DNA from: Deltaproteobacteria bacterium | Lineage (GTDB): Bacteria; Desulfobacterota; GWC2-55-46 | Length of the DNA stretch: 64,000 nt | Assembly: GCA_016218105.1 (NCBI GenBank) | Contig: JACRET010000032.1 | Span: 17,175-81,174, forward strand | Direction: 5' to 3' | Part shown: positions 9,377-18,742 of the stretch, piece by piece | Layout: every line of letters begins with the position of its first letter | Position numbering within the stretch: position 1 is the first letter of the stretch | The notes under the pieces: generated by a model | What the model was told of the DNA's origin: nothing | Seen by the model: the letters and a program-made list of their open reading frames with translations, nothing else | The model's database searches: none | Made by a program: the position numbers and the translations under genes

Positions 9377-11461
9377 ATGGACCTGCATTCAATTAAATCG
9401 CGGTTTCTTGGCAGTTATGTATTTCTGATTTTGCTCTTCGTAATCCAACTCCCTATCATATATCTGCTTGTTGGGGGGATGAGTGAAAAATACTCGCAGG
9501 TTGTAGAGGCAAGCGCGCTAAGAAAACGGGCGGTCGAGCTGAATTACGTGCTTAATCGTCATATCATGAACGGAGAAGAAGAACTTGAAAAGGTCTTCCA
9601 GGACAAAAAGGCTGAATACGGAAAGGTAATCGAGAACTTGAGAAACGGGACGCCTGACCTTCCGGCCATAAAGGACACCGGAGCGCTCGCGAAGCTCGAC
9701 ATCGTAAGCCAGAAGTGGGCGGGGATGCTCGCCGCGATGGACAGGGCTATGGAGAGCGGCGACAGCCTTTCAATAATTATGAGGGATATCGAGGATACAA
9801 CCTATCCGATGGTGGATAAGATGAACGGGCTTGTAAAGGGGTTTGTGGCCCTGAACGACCCGGGGTACAGCAAATCCATAGACCTCGCGGGCCTGCAGAG
9901 GATGAGGACTGTAAACATGGCCTATCTTATGGAGCGCTACGCCAGGTCCAATTACGACCTGGAGAACGTTTCAGCGAATTTAAATAAGACTATAAACGAT
10001 TTCGAGGGCACAATTAAGGGCTTAAGGTACGGCTCATCCGAACTGGGGCTCAGGCCGGTCCACAACACGGAACTCCTGCATAAATTCACCGACGCGGAGG
10101 AACTCTGGAGTAAACGCAAGGGTCTTGTATTCACCGGCATTAAAGACAAGGATCTCTTTTACAAGAATGTAATGGATCTTGCCAACAACCATACGCCGGA
10201 GATAGTCAATGCCGCGGATGACCTTACCAAGGTGATCGCGGCTAACGCCAGAAAATCAGCCATGAAAGGCATATTGGTCATGGCCGCCGCCGTATTCGTA
10301 TCAGCCGCCCTGTCAATATTCTTCATGTGGTCGACAAATACCCACATAATCAAGCCGATCTTCAGGATAAAGGAGACGGTTGAAGGCTTCTCGCAAGGGG
10401 ATCTTTCAAGAAGGTCGGAAATAAAGATCAAGTTCCTCGGAAAAGAGCTGAAGGACGAGGTCACAAGCCTCGGAGACAGTGTTGACACGATGGTCGAACA
10501 GATGTCCGGGGTGATCGGGCGCATAACCGATTCATCAAACCTACTGGCATCGGCGGCCGAACAGCTCTCAGCATCTTCCACACAGATAGAAGAGGGCGCT
10601 AACAGGCAGTCAGGCCAGACAGCCCAGGCGGCTACTTCGATGGAGCAGATGAACGCCACGGTAATAGAGGTAGCCAAGAATTCGAGCCAGGTCTCCGAAT
10701 CCGCCAGGAGCGCTCAGCAGATAGCGTCAAAAGGAGGTGAGGTCGTTTCAGAGGCGATTCTCGCGATGCAGGAAGTCGCCGCCTCTACCTCAGTTACAGC
10801 CGATACTATAAAGAGGCTTGGCAGGAGCTCCGAGGAAATCGGCACGATAGTGTCCGTCATAAACGACATAGCGGACCAGACCAACCTCCTTGCCTTGAAC
10901 GCCGCTATCGAGGCGGCCAGGGCCGGAGAGCAGGGCCGCGGCTTTGCCGTTGTCGCCGACGAAGTCCGTAAGCTCGCTGAGAGGACTACAAAGGCAACAA
11001 AGGAAATAAGCTCCATGATCAATACCATTCAGGCTGAAACAGGCACGGCCGTCTCAGCGATGGACGAGGGCACATCGAAGGTTGAAAATGGGGTCAGGCT
11101 CGCCAACGAAGCGGGGGATGCCCTTAAGAAGATCGTGACCGGAGTTGAGAACGTAACAGATATGATAAGCCATATAGCCACATCCGCCGAGGAGCAGAGC
11201 GCCACGACCGATGAGATTACCCAGAATATGGATTCGATAGCCGAGGTGGCGAAGGGTAACGTATCAGCGGTCGCCGAGGTCGCAAAGGCCACAAACGAGA
11301 TGGCGCGCCTCGCTACAGAGCTTAAAGGCCTTGTTTCCAACTTCAAGATATCAAGGACAGGCGAATTTGGGGAAATTAAGGTGGTCGAGGGTGGAAAGAA
11401 AAGGACGGCGCACGTCAGGTCGCTGCCTTATACAAAGAGAGCCAGCGGGGATTTATCCTAG
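9377..11461 (+). CDS. Methyl-accepting chemotaxis protein (two TM segments, ~280-aa periplasmic sensor, HAMP, signalling domain)
   Basis: 694 aa. Conserved MCP hairpin tip [40 protein letters not shown]. An N-terminal TM and a second TM ([20 protein letters not shown]) precede a HAMP-like segment. Confidence 0.9.
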   Translation: MDLHSIKSRFLGSYVFLILLFVIQLPIIYLLVGGMSEKYSQVVEASALRKRAVELNYVLNRHIMNGEEELEKVFQDKKAEYGKVIENLRNGTPDLPAIKDTGALAKLDIVSQKWAGMLAAMDRAMESGDSLSIIMRDIEDTTYPMVDKMNGLVKGFVALNDPGYSKSIDLAGLQRMRTVNMAYLMERYARSNYDLENVSANLNKTINDFEGTIKGLRYGSSELGLRPVHNTELLHKFTDAEELWSKRKGLVFTGIKDKDLFYKNVMDLANNHTPEIVNAADDLTKVIAANARKSAMKGILVMAAAVFVSAALSIFFMWSTNTHIIKPIFRIKETVEGFSQGDLSRRSEIKIKFLGKELKDEVTSLGDSVDTMVEQMSGVIGRITDSSNLLASAAEQLSASSTQIEEGANRQSGQTAQAATSMEQMNATVIEVAKNSSQVSESARSAQQIASKGGEVVSEAILAMQEVAASTSVTADTIKRLGRSSEEIGTIVSVINDIADQTNLLALNAAIEAARAGEQGRGFAVVADEVRKLAERTTKATKEISSMINTIQAETGTAVSAMDEGTSKVENGVRLANEAGDALKKIVTGVENVTDMISHIATSAEEQSATTDEITQNMDSIAEVAKGNVSAVAEVAKATNEMARLATELKGLVSNFKISRTGEFGEIKVVEGGKKRTAHVRSLPYTKRASGDLS

Positions 11462-11498
11462 GCTTGCGGCTTAACCGGCAAAAAAGAAGGAGTTTGAA

Positions 11499-12344
11499 AT
11501 GATAAAGGAAAAGGCCAAGGTGTCTGAAGTCGCCCTTAAGGCGGCTGAGCTGCCAGTTCTGCCGGTAACTACTCAGAAAGTGTTATCGCTTATGGCGGAC
11601 CCTGACGTCTCGATAGAGAAGATAAAGAGGCTCATAAGCACTGATCCTGGGCTCGCGACCAAGATACTCAAGGTGGCAAACTCCGCTTTTTACGGCAGTT
11701 ACAGGAATATCCAGAACCTGACACAGGCTATTTTAAGGCTTGGACTGAATGCCGTCAGGTCGATAGTGGTGGCCACCTCGATGAAGAATGTTTATAAGAG
11801 GTTCGGCCTTACCGAAAAACTCCTGTGGGAACAGCTCATCGGCTCAGCCCTGGCTTCAAACATAATAGCCAAGCATACACGCCTGGTAGACGCTGAAGAT
11901 GCCTTTATCGGCGGGCTCCTCCATGACGTAGGGAAGGTAGTCCTCAATAATGAGTACCCGGAAGCGTTCGCCCGCGTAATGGAGAGGGTCTACAACGACG
12001 GCGTGCCGTTCTCAGAGGCTGAGGCGGAGGTGTTTGATTTCCCGCAGAGGAAAGTAGGGGCCGAGGTCGTTAAAAAATGGGGCTTCCCGGAAAACCTGGA
12101 GAAGCTCCTTTTGTATTTTGACGACCAGGAAGCGATGAAAAAAGAGCGTTATCTCTACAACCTCGTCACAATTATAACCATGTCTGACAGGATGTGCCAA
12201 AAGTTTGGCATGGGATGGAGGTCGCCATCCGAAAATGTTGATTTCGGCAACCTCCCGGAGATACTTGGCATTGACGAAGCCAATATGAAGGAGATAGCAG
12301 AGAAGGTGCAGGTCACTTTCACACAGGGTATAGAGCTTTATTAG
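11499..12344 (+). CDS. HDOD domain protein
   Basis: 281 aa. LPVLPVTTQKVLSLMADPDVSIEKIKRLISTDPGLATKILKVANSAFYG and GGLLHDVGK are typical of HDOD (an HD-related output domain). Confidence 0.8.
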   Translation: MIKEKAKVSEVALKAAELPVLPVTTQKVLSLMADPDVSIEKIKRLISTDPGLATKILKVANSAFYGSYRNIQNLTQAILRLGLNAVRSIVVATSMKNVYKRFGLTEKLLWEQLIGSALASNIIAKHTRLVDAEDAFIGGLLHDVGKVVLNNEYPEAFARVMERVYNDGVPFSEAEAEVFDFPQRKVGAEVVKKWGFPENLEKLLLYFDDQEAMKKERYLYNLVTIITMSDRMCQKFGMGWRSPSENVDFGNLPEILGIDEANMKEIAEKVQVTFTQGIELY

Positions 12345-12393
12345 CAGTTATCATGCCTTTTGCACAACCTCGAACTGTCTACGGCATTTTATT

Positions 12394-12409
12394 GGGCATA
12401 TATCTTGCA
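12394..12409 (+). promoter_or_regulatory. Sigma-54 (-24/-12) promoter-like element upstream of ORF 12476
   Basis: gGGCAt-ATATC-TTGCA against the consensus TGGCAC-N5-TTGCA. The GG and GC dinucleotides have the correct spacing. Lies about 70 nt upstream of the ORF. Confidence 0.5.
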
Positions 12410-12475
12410 TATCCTTACTGTTGCTAAAATATACCGCTGCTTCGTGAGTATTTTGACGGCTGAAGCGGGAGGGGG

Positions 12476-12943
12476 ATGTGCATGGAACTCTGGGTAGTTG
12501 TCCTTTCTGTAGTGGACATCGCAATTATGGGCGGGATCTTCTTTATAATGGCCGGCAGAAGGACGAAATTTGCGGACAACCTGGTAAAAGGTTCGAGCGA
12601 GTCCAGGTCTGATGCCTCGACGGCATTGATCCTATCGCTTAAAGATGAAATAGCCGGCGTAAAAAGGCTTTATGCCGAGCTTGAGAAGAAAAAGCTGGAC
12701 CTCGATTGGAACGAAAGGGCGTTAGTAGAAAAGAACGTAAGGCTTGATTCCCTCATAAGACAGGCGGACGAGGGCGCAAAGAAAATAGAAGCCCTTTACG
12801 TCAATCAAAAATCAGATGAGGCTTACTCAAAGGCTGTAAGGATGCTCAAGACCGGCATCCCTGCGAATGAAGTGATTCAGAACCTTGGACTCCTTAACGG
12901 GGAGGTCGAGCTTATCTCAGCTTTGAATAATTACAGGGTATAA
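12476..12943 (+). CDS. Small membrane-anchored protein, possibly DUF2802-like (flagellar-locus associated)
   Basis: 155 aa with an N-terminal TM (LWVVVLSVVDIAIMGGIFFIMAG), a coiled-coil middle and a C-terminal helix-turn-helix-like tail (GIPANEVIQNLGLLNGEVELISAL). That tail resembles my memory of DUF2802 proteins next to che/fla genes. ATG 12482 is an alternative start. Confidence 0.45.
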   Translation: MCMELWVVVLSVVDIAIMGGIFFIMAGRRTKFADNLVKGSSESRSDASTALILSLKDEIAGVKRLYAELEKKKLDLDWNERALVEKNVRLDSLIRQADEGAKKIEALYVNQKSDEAYSKAVRMLKTGIPANEVIQNLGLLNGEVELISALNNYRV

Positions 12944-13129
12944 GCGTTTCCGCACGTTCCGTAAACCCCCAAACAACTCCTGGCCATCCGATCCGGATTT
13001 CTGGCTTTCATGGAGGCAAAATCTTCTCACCAGGAATTTTATTCCCTTCATGTCAAATTCTTCCATTGTATTCCCCCATTTTTTTTAAATAAACCTCTCT
13101 TTTTTGCCCTGATTCCCTGATCCTCCATT

Positions 13130-13145
13130 TGGCACATTTGTTGCA
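13130..13145 (+). promoter_or_regulatory. Sigma-54 promoter upstream of flgF
   Basis: TGGCAC-ATTTG-TTGCA is a perfect match to the -24/-12 consensus. It lies 31 nt upstream of the flgF ATG, at the end of a 230-nt intergenic region. Confidence 0.65.
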
Positions 13146-13175
13146 TTATCGAATACCAGAGAAACGGAGGAAGAT

Positions 13176-13883
13176 ATGGACAGAGGCATCTATGTAGCGC
13201 TTTCAGGGGTCGTTCTTCAGGAGAAGAGGCTTGAAGTGCTTACCGACAACCTCGCTAACGTAAACACCGTAGGGTTTAAGAAGCAGAAGCCGCTCTTTGA
13301 GGATTCGATGCCTGATGTTTACGGCGCACGGACGTTCGCCATGATGGATAAGGTAGTAAATGATATGTCCCAGGGCATTACGGAGAAGACTGACAGGCGT
13401 CTCGACGTAGCGATAAAGGGGGATGGGTTCTTCGCTGTAAACACGAATAACGGCCCTAGATTTACGCGTGACGGTTCTTTTACCCTTGGTACAGACGGCA
13501 CCCTCCTCTCCAGGGAGGGGAACCCTGTGTTGGGAGAGAAAGGTGTCATTAAGTTGACTTCCCCGGATGTTGCTATTGACGCTCAAGGCGATATCAGGGA
13601 AAAAGGCGCTGTAATTGACAGGCTTAAGCTGGTTAAATTTACCAATTCCATGGAACTTAAAAGGGAGGGCAATTTTTTTGTCCCCATGGACGGGATTAAG
13701 GAAAGCGGCGTTGGGACCGGCACCCAGGTCGAGCAGGGATATGTAGAGGTCTCCAACGTAAACGCCATCAGGGCGATGACTACGATGATAGAGGCCATGA
13801 GGTCTTACGAGACCAGCACCAAGATGATACAGACAATGGACGATATTACGAGGAAGGCCATAGATGAAGTCGGAAAAGTCTAA
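13176..13883 (+). CDS. flgF: Flagellar basal-body rod protein FlgF
   Basis: 235 aa. N-terminal rod signature LTDNLANVNTVGFKK and C-terminal GYVEVSNVN...MIEAMRSYE. Directly precedes flgG. Confidence 0.85.
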   Translation: MDRGIYVALSGVVLQEKRLEVLTDNLANVNTVGFKKQKPLFEDSMPDVYGARTFAMMDKVVNDMSQGITEKTDRRLDVAIKGDGFFAVNTNNGPRFTRDGSFTLGTDGTLLSREGNPVLGEKGVIKLTSPDVAIDAQGDIREKGAVIDRLKLVKFTNSMELKREGNFFVPMDGIKESGVGTGTQVEQGYVEVSNVNAIRAMTTMIEAMRSYETSTKMIQTMDDITRKAIDEVGKV

Positions 13884-13908
13884 TTAAGGATCAAGGAGGC
13901 CAAAATAC

Positions 13909-14697
13909 ATGATAAGGGCATTATGGACCGCTTCCACAGGCATGGAAGCCCAGCAGACAAACATAGACGTTATCGCCAACAACCTGGCCAACGTAAACAC
14001 GACCGGGTTTAAAAAGAGCAGGGCCGATTATCAGGACCTCCTTTATCAGGAGCTTAAGGCGGCGGGTGCCGCGTCATCTCCATCAACGACTATACCGACG
14101 GGCATCCAGATAGGCCAGGGTGTAAGGACGGTCTCCGTGGAGAAGGTGTTTAACCAGGGAAATTTCAAGGAAACACAGAACTCATATGATGTCGCGATAG
14201 AGGGTGATGGATTCATACAGATCACAAAGCCTGACGGGCAGCTGGCTTATACAAGGAACGGAGAGCTTAAGGTCGACAGCGAGGGCAGGCTCGTGACGTC
14301 TGACGGCTACCTTGTGGAGCCGCAGATAACGATACCGTCGGACGCGCTTACGCTGACGATAAGCTCGGACGGAATAGTATCCGTGACGCAGCCAAGTTCC
14401 ACGACAGCCGCGCAGGTAGGGACTCTGGAGCTCGCGAGGTTCATAAACCCTTCCGGACTGCAGTCGATAGGCAAAAACCTTTACCTTCCGACAGGCGCTT
14501 CAGGCGATCCCATTACAGGCACACCCGGGTCAGAAGGTTTCGGCACAATGTCGCAGGGTTTTCTTGAGATGTCAAACGTGAGCGTCGTAGAGGAAATGGT
14601 CGCCATGATAGCGGCCCAGAGGGCTTATGAGATAAACTCAAAGTCCATTCAGACGACCGATGAGATGCTCCAGACAGCCAATTCGATGAAGAGGTAG
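13909..14697 (+). CDS. flgG: Flagellar distal rod protein FlgG
   Basis: 262 aa. [36 protein letters not shown] and [29 protein letters not shown] give a canonical FlgG. Confidence 0.92.
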   Translation: MIRALWTASTGMEAQQTNIDVIANNLANVNTTGFKKSRADYQDLLYQELKAAGAASSPSTTIPTGIQIGQGVRTVSVEKVFNQGNFKETQNSYDVAIEGDGFIQITKPDGQLAYTRNGELKVDSEGRLVTSDGYLVEPQITIPSDALTLTISSDGIVSVTQPSSTTAAQVGTLELARFINPSGLQSIGKNLYLPTGASGDPITGTPGSEGFGTMSQGFLEMSNVSVVEEMVAMIAAQRAYEINSKSIQTTDEMLQTANSMKR

Positions 14698-14699
14698 GC

Positions 14700-15380
14700 G
14701 TGAATAAGGCACTGCTCATATTTTTCATCCTGTTGACCGTTCTCGCCGGGGCCGCCCATGCCGAGGTTAACATCAACGCGGAGATTAAACGGCAGCTGCT
14801 GGAGAACTCTCCCTGGGACGAGGGACAGGCCGAGGTGGAGGATATCCAGATACCAGGGCTTACCGGAGATGAAAAATATGACGAGGCTATCGTAAGGATA
14901 CCCAACGGGGCCAAAAATACCGGCAAGGTCGCTGTTCAGGTCACGCTCATGCTTAACGGTAAAGAGGTCAAGAACACATGGGCGTCAGCGAGGGTAAGGA
15001 TTTACAAAACTGTTGTAGTAGCCATTAACACCCTTAAGATGAACCATAAGGTTACGAAAGACGATTTAAGGCTCGTAAGGACCGAGATGAGGGATATGCC
15101 TGACGCTTTGACGTCGCTTGATGAGGCCGAGGGCATGATGATCAAACGCCCCATATCGGCAGGCACGGTGGTAAAGAAGGACTATCTTAAGCCCGAGACG
15201 ATGATAAAACGCGGTGAACGCATAATAGTATGGATCAGCAGTGACAAGATCAAGGTCAAAACCGGTGCTGTAGCCATGCAGGACGGATATAAGGGCGGCG
15301 TGCTTACGGCCCGTTCGGCGTCCGGCAAGGAAATCTCAGGCAAAGTGACAGGCCAGGGCGAGTTGGCAGTGGAGTTTTAA
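14700..15380 (+). CDS. flgA: Flagellar P-ring assembly chaperone FlgA
   Basis: 226 aa with a GTG start and a signal peptide (LLTVLAGAAHA). The SAF-like C-terminus (ISAGTVVKKDYL, IKRGERI, AMQDGYKGGVL, GKVTGQGELAV) fits FlgA, as does the position between flgG and flgH. Confidence 0.8.
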   Translation: MNKALLIFFILLTVLAGAAHAEVNINAEIKRQLLENSPWDEGQAEVEDIQIPGLTGDEKYDEAIVRIPNGAKNTGKVAVQVTLMLNGKEVKNTWASARVRIYKTVVVAINTLKMNHKVTKDDLRLVRTEMRDMPDALTSLDEAEGMMIKRPISAGTVVKKDYLKPETMIKRGERIIVWISSDKIKVKTGAVAMQDGYKGGVLTARSASGKEISGKVTGQGELAVEF

Positions 15381-15426
15381 TCGGGTGCTCGGCGGAAATC
15401 CCGCCGTTTTAAGGTCAAGTCAAAGC
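15379..15426 (+). repeat. Gene-end repeat, family 1, copy A (contains the flgA stop codon and a terminator hairpin)
   Basis: AATCGGGTGCTCGGCGGAAATCCCGCCGTTTTAAGGTCAAGTCAAAGC is about 85 percent identical by eye to 62917-62963. Confidence 0.7.
15390..15410 (+). terminator. Rho-independent terminator-like hairpin after flgA
   Basis: CGGCGG-AAATC-CCGCCG followed by TTTT. Confidence 0.55.
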
Positions 15427-15449
15427 TCAATTCTTAAAGAGGGATGCGT

Positions 15450-16145
15450 ATGAAAATTTTAAAGCCGATTGCTTCCGTAGCGCTTGCGTTAGCCCTTTCC
15501 GGCTGCGCGATACCGGAACCCAAGAAGATCGATGTGTCAAACATCCCGGTGCAGGGAAGCTCCATTCCGTCAACGCCTGGCTCCATATGGCCGGGCGAGA
15601 CTTCGAGGAATACCTTATTCCAGGATTTGAGGGCGAGGAACGTCGGAGACATTATCACTATAGAGATATCTGAAAAGACCAGCGCCGTTAAGGAAGCCAC
15701 CACGTCCACCTCACGCACATCAGCCAATGACATAGCGATATCAAAGCTCCTGGGGCTGCCTACCAGCCTCGGCATGAAGAACTTTCTGAACCAGGGCAAT
15801 GCCTTCAGCCCGGAGATACAGGCAAGCTACGATTCAAGCTTTGACGGGTCAGGCAAGACCAAGAGGACGGGAGAGTTGAGCGCGACTATTACCGCGAGGG
15901 TGGTGAAGGTATTGTCGAACGGCAACCTTGTGCTGGAGGGGAAGAAGGACACGGTGGTGAATAACGAGATGCAGTACATAATATTGAGCGGCATAGCGAG
16001 GCCCGAAGACATTACAGAGTCAAACATCGTCTCTTCGAGCCAGTTGTCAGACGCGAGGATTGAGTATTCAGGCAAAGGTGTCTTGGCCGACGAACAGGGA
16101 CAGGGCTGGTTAGGGAGGGTACTTGATAATGTCTGGCCATTCTAA
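15450..16145 (+). CDS. flgH: Flagellar L-ring lipoprotein FlgH
   Basis: MKILKPIASVALALALSGC carries a lipobox. GDIITIEISE, SGKTKRTGELSATITARV and LEGKK...ILSGIARPEDI are typical FlgH. I prefer ATG 15450 over 15444 because of RBS spacing. Confidence 0.9.
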   Translation: MKILKPIASVALALALSGCAIPEPKKIDVSNIPVQGSSIPSTPGSIWPGETSRNTLFQDLRARNVGDIITIEISEKTSAVKEATTSTSRTSANDIAISKLLGLPTSLGMKNFLNQGNAFSPEIQASYDSSFDGSGKTKRTGELSATITARVVKVLSNGNLVLEGKKDTVVNNEMQYIILSGIARPEDITESNIVSSSQLSDARIEYSGKGVLADEQGQGWLGRVLDNVWPF

Positions 16146-17235
16146 AATATCGACACTTGTAATATCGCTTGTTGCCCTTTTACTCTTTGCCGGTAACTCG
16201 AACGCGGCCAGGATAAAGGACATCGCCTTCGTAGAGGGCGTAAGGGCGAACCAGCTCGTGGGTTACGGGCTTGTCGTGGGGCTCGGCGGGACGGGCGATA
16301 AATCAAGCAGCGCCACCACTCAATCCATATCGAACATGCTTAACCGCATGGGGATGAAGATCGAACCCAAGAACATAAAGGTGAAAAATACGGCCTCCGT
16401 GCTCGTCACGGCCGAGATACCGCCTTTTATAAAGCCGGGCAGCAAGATAGACATACTCGTATCCTCGCTTGGCGACGCGTCAAGCCTGCAGGGCGGCACG
16501 CTGATATCGACTCCATTGAGAGGCCCTGACGGGGCGGTGTACGCGATGGCTCAGGGCTCCGTTGCGCTTGCGGGTTTTACTGCCGGCGCGAAGGGCGCGA
16601 GCGTTACAAAGAACCACCAGACGGCGGGAAAGATCCCCGGAGGGGCGATCATAGAAAAGGAAGTGCCATTCACGTTAACCGCGAAGGACGGGTTTTTCCT
16701 GTCTCTCAGGAACCCTGATTTCACGACCGCCAGGAGGATGGTAAGCACTATCAACGCCGAGCTTAAAGACGAGGCCGCGGCGGCCGTTGACGCAGGCAAG
16801 GTCAGGATCATCCCCCCGGCCAATTACTCCGGGGACATGATAGGCCTGATATCGAATATTGAGCTCATGGACATCAAGACCGACAGTGTCACAAAGGTCG
16901 TCGTAAACGAGAGGACTGGCACCGTCGTAATGGGCGAGAACGTAAGCATCTCAAGTGTAGCGATCTCTCACGGGGATATCAGCATAGAAGTTAAGACCCA
17001 GTATTACATCTCTCAGCCTGCCCCGTTCTCCAAAGGGGAGACAGTGGTGCAGCCTGTTGAGGAGACAAAGGTGCAGGAAGACAGGTCAAGGCTCATTGTG
17101 CTTCCGGAGAGCGTGACCCTCGGGGATGTCGTAAGGGCGCTCAATCTCGTAGGAGTGACTCCGAGAGACCTTGTCGCGATACTCCAGGCCATAAAGGCCG
17201 CCGGTGCGCTGCAGGCGGAGTTGGAGATCATTTAA
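16129..17235 (+). CDS. flgI: Flagellar P-ring protein FlgI
   Basis: Signal peptide followed by RIKDIAFVEGVRANQLVGYGLVVGLGGTGD, and C-terminal LVAILQAIKAAGALQAELEII. I prefer ATG 16129 (GGGAGGG 9 nt upstream) over the TTG at 16123. Confidence 0.92.
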   Translation: MSGHSKISTLVISLVALLLFAGNSNAARIKDIAFVEGVRANQLVGYGLVVGLGGTGDKSSSATTQSISNMLNRMGMKIEPKNIKVKNTASVLVTAEIPPFIKPGSKIDILVSSLGDASSLQGGTLISTPLRGPDGAVYAMAQGSVALAGFTAGAKGASVTKNHQTAGKIPGGAIIEKEVPFTLTAKDGFFLSLRNPDFTTARRMVSTINAELKDEAAAAVDAGKVRIIPPANYSGDMIGLISNIELMDIKTDSVTKVVVNERTGTVVMGENVSISSVAISHGDISIEVKTQYYISQPAPFSKGETVVQPVEETKVQEDRSRLIVLPESVTLGDVVRALNLVGVTPRDLVAILQAIKAAGALQAELEII

Positions 17236-17249
17236 AAAGGAGAATGGAA

Positions 17250-17462
17250 ATGGGAGTAAAAATGATTGACGAGGAGCTTGCCATTCAGAGGTCATGCGAC
17301 ATACCGAGGGAATGCAAGAGATATATCTCCCACCACGTGAGGAACGGGCTCGTATCCATTATGGGGCTGGCCATGAAGATAAAGGATGAGCCTGATGCCA
17401 TAAAGGAGCTTGAGGTGCACATAAGGCATATCGCCGGCGACCTCGAAAAGGTCGGCCTTTAA
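17250..17462 (+). CDS. Small protein with a histidine-kinase DHp/H-box-like segment and no catalytic domain
   Basis: 70-72 aa. YISHHVRNGLVSIMGLAMKI resembles the HK H-box (hSHE.RNPL..I.G). GGAG lies 7 nt upstream of ATG 17250. Sits between flgI and flgJ. Confidence 0.45.
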   Translation: MGVKMIDEELAIQRSCDIPRECKRYISHHVRNGLVSIMGLAMKIKDEPDAIKELEVHIRHIAGDLEKVGL

Positions 17463-17482
17463 ACAAGAGAGAATATATCGTT

Positions 17483-18289
17483 ATGAATGAAATCGGTTCG
17501 GTAAACAGCGTAAGAACGCCCGATGCCAACGGGCTTAAGAAGGACAGCCAGGCGGAGCTTAAAAAGGCTCTTTCAGAGTTCGAATCCCTGTTTATTAATT
17601 ATATGCTTAAGACGATGAAAGAGACGGTTTCGGAAGGCGATCTCTTTCACGGCGGCAGCGGAGAGGATGTTTACTCCTCTCTTTTTGACGCTGAACTCTC
17701 CAGGCTTATGGCTTCCGGAAACGGGATGGGTCTTAAGACTATGATGATGCAGCAGCTTTCCAATGAACATAAGATCAGCATGCCGGATGAGATAAGCAGG
17801 AGCCTTGAGCCGATGATCAGGCCTGAGAGGGCCTTTGAGCCAAAAAAAGAAGAGGCCTCAACCAGGGTCCCTGACATAAATGAAAATGGAGACGATCCAT
17901 TTAAATTTCCGTTACACAAAAAAGGCGTAAGGATCAGCTCGGGCTATGGACTGAGGGAAGACCCGTTGACGAAGGCTGAGCGGTTCCATCACGGCATAGA
18001 TATCGCGGCGAGCAAGGGGAGCCCGATATATCCGGCGGCACGGGGCGAGGTGATATTCAGCGGTGAGAAGGGTGGGTACGGCAATGTCGTTGAAGTCCTC
18101 CATGATAACGGAGTGGTCACAAGGTATGGGCATAACTCCAAAAATCTGGTTAAAAAAGGCGACAAGGTCAGCCCGGGTGATCCGATAGCGTATGTGGGTT
18201 CCACCGGGAGGTCAACAGGGCCGCATGTACACTTTGAGGTAATCAAAAACGGTGAGGCTGTAGACCCCGAAAAGATCACATACGGTTAG
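17483..18289 (+). CDS. flgJ: FlgJ-type rod-binding domain fused to an M23 (LytM) peptidase domain
   Basis: The N-terminus KKALSEFESLFINYMLKTMKE matches the rod-binding domain. The C-terminus carries the M23 zinc motifs HHGIDIAA and GSTGRSTGPHVHFEV. Confidence 0.85.
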   Translation: MNEIGSVNSVRTPDANGLKKDSQAELKKALSEFESLFINYMLKTMKETVSEGDLFHGGSGEDVYSSLFDAELSRLMASGNGMGLKTMMMQQLSNEHKISMPDEISRSLEPMIRPERAFEPKKEEASTRVPDINENGDDPFKFPLHKKGVRISSGYGLREDPLTKAERFHHGIDIAASKGSPIYPAARGEVIFSGEKGGYGNVVEVLHDNGVVTRYGHNSKNLVKKGDKVSPGDPIAYVGSTGRSTGPHVHFEVIKNGEAVDPEKITYG

Positions 18290-18347
18290 AACAATGTTAA
18301 TTAGTTGTGGTTGGTTTAAACTTAATTACCATATTTAGTGGTCTTGC

Positions 18348-18375
18348 TAAAGTTTTTCCGGCTTGTAACCGATAT
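18348..18375 (+). promoter_or_regulatory. Sigma-28 promoter-like element upstream of flgM
   Basis: TAAAGTTT, then aCCGATAt 16 nt after the TAAA, against the consensus TAAAGTTT-N11-GCCGATAA. Lies about 45 nt upstream of the flgM ATG. Confidence 0.55.
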
Positions 18376-18418
18376 TAGAATTAGAGAGCGGAAACGCTGG
18401 AAAACTTAGGAGGACTCA

Positions 18419-18733
18419 ATGAAAGTAGGCGGAAAAAAGACAGGGGTTGGGACTGACAATTACGTCAAAAAGGCAGGGGGCGCCGGAGACCAGATAAAAA
18501 AGGCGGAGAACTCCCCAAAACCTTCTGCTGGAGACAATGTAGATATTTCTCCGAAGGCCAAGGACCTTAATAAGGCAAAAACCCTGCTCGAATCGGTTCC
18601 TGAGCTGAGGGGAGAAATAGTAGGAAAGCTTAAGACAGACATAGAGAATGGTAATTACGAGGTCGATTCAGGCAAGGTGGCGGAAAAAATAATAGAGAGG
18701 GCGATTACAAACGCGCTTTCGGTAAAGAAATAA
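18419..18733 (+). CDS. flgM: Anti-sigma-28 factor FlgM
   Basis: 104 aa. DNVDISPKAKDL followed by GEIVGKLKTDIENGNYEVDSGKVAEKII is the typical FlgM C-terminus. Precedes flgN. Confidence 0.8.
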   Translation: MKVGGKKTGVGTDNYVKKAGGAGDQIKKAENSPKPSAGDNVDISPKAKDLNKAKTLLESVPELRGEIVGKLKTDIENGNYEVDSGKVAEKIIERAITNALSVKK

Positions 18734-18742
18734 TAAAACCCT

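Noticed and set aside
13041-13117. Three ATTCCC motifs upstream of the flgF sigma-54 promoter as candidate enhancer sites
   Set aside because: The hexamers are short, have irregular spacing (29 and 42 nt) and show no dyad symmetry. This is not distinguishable from chance by eye.
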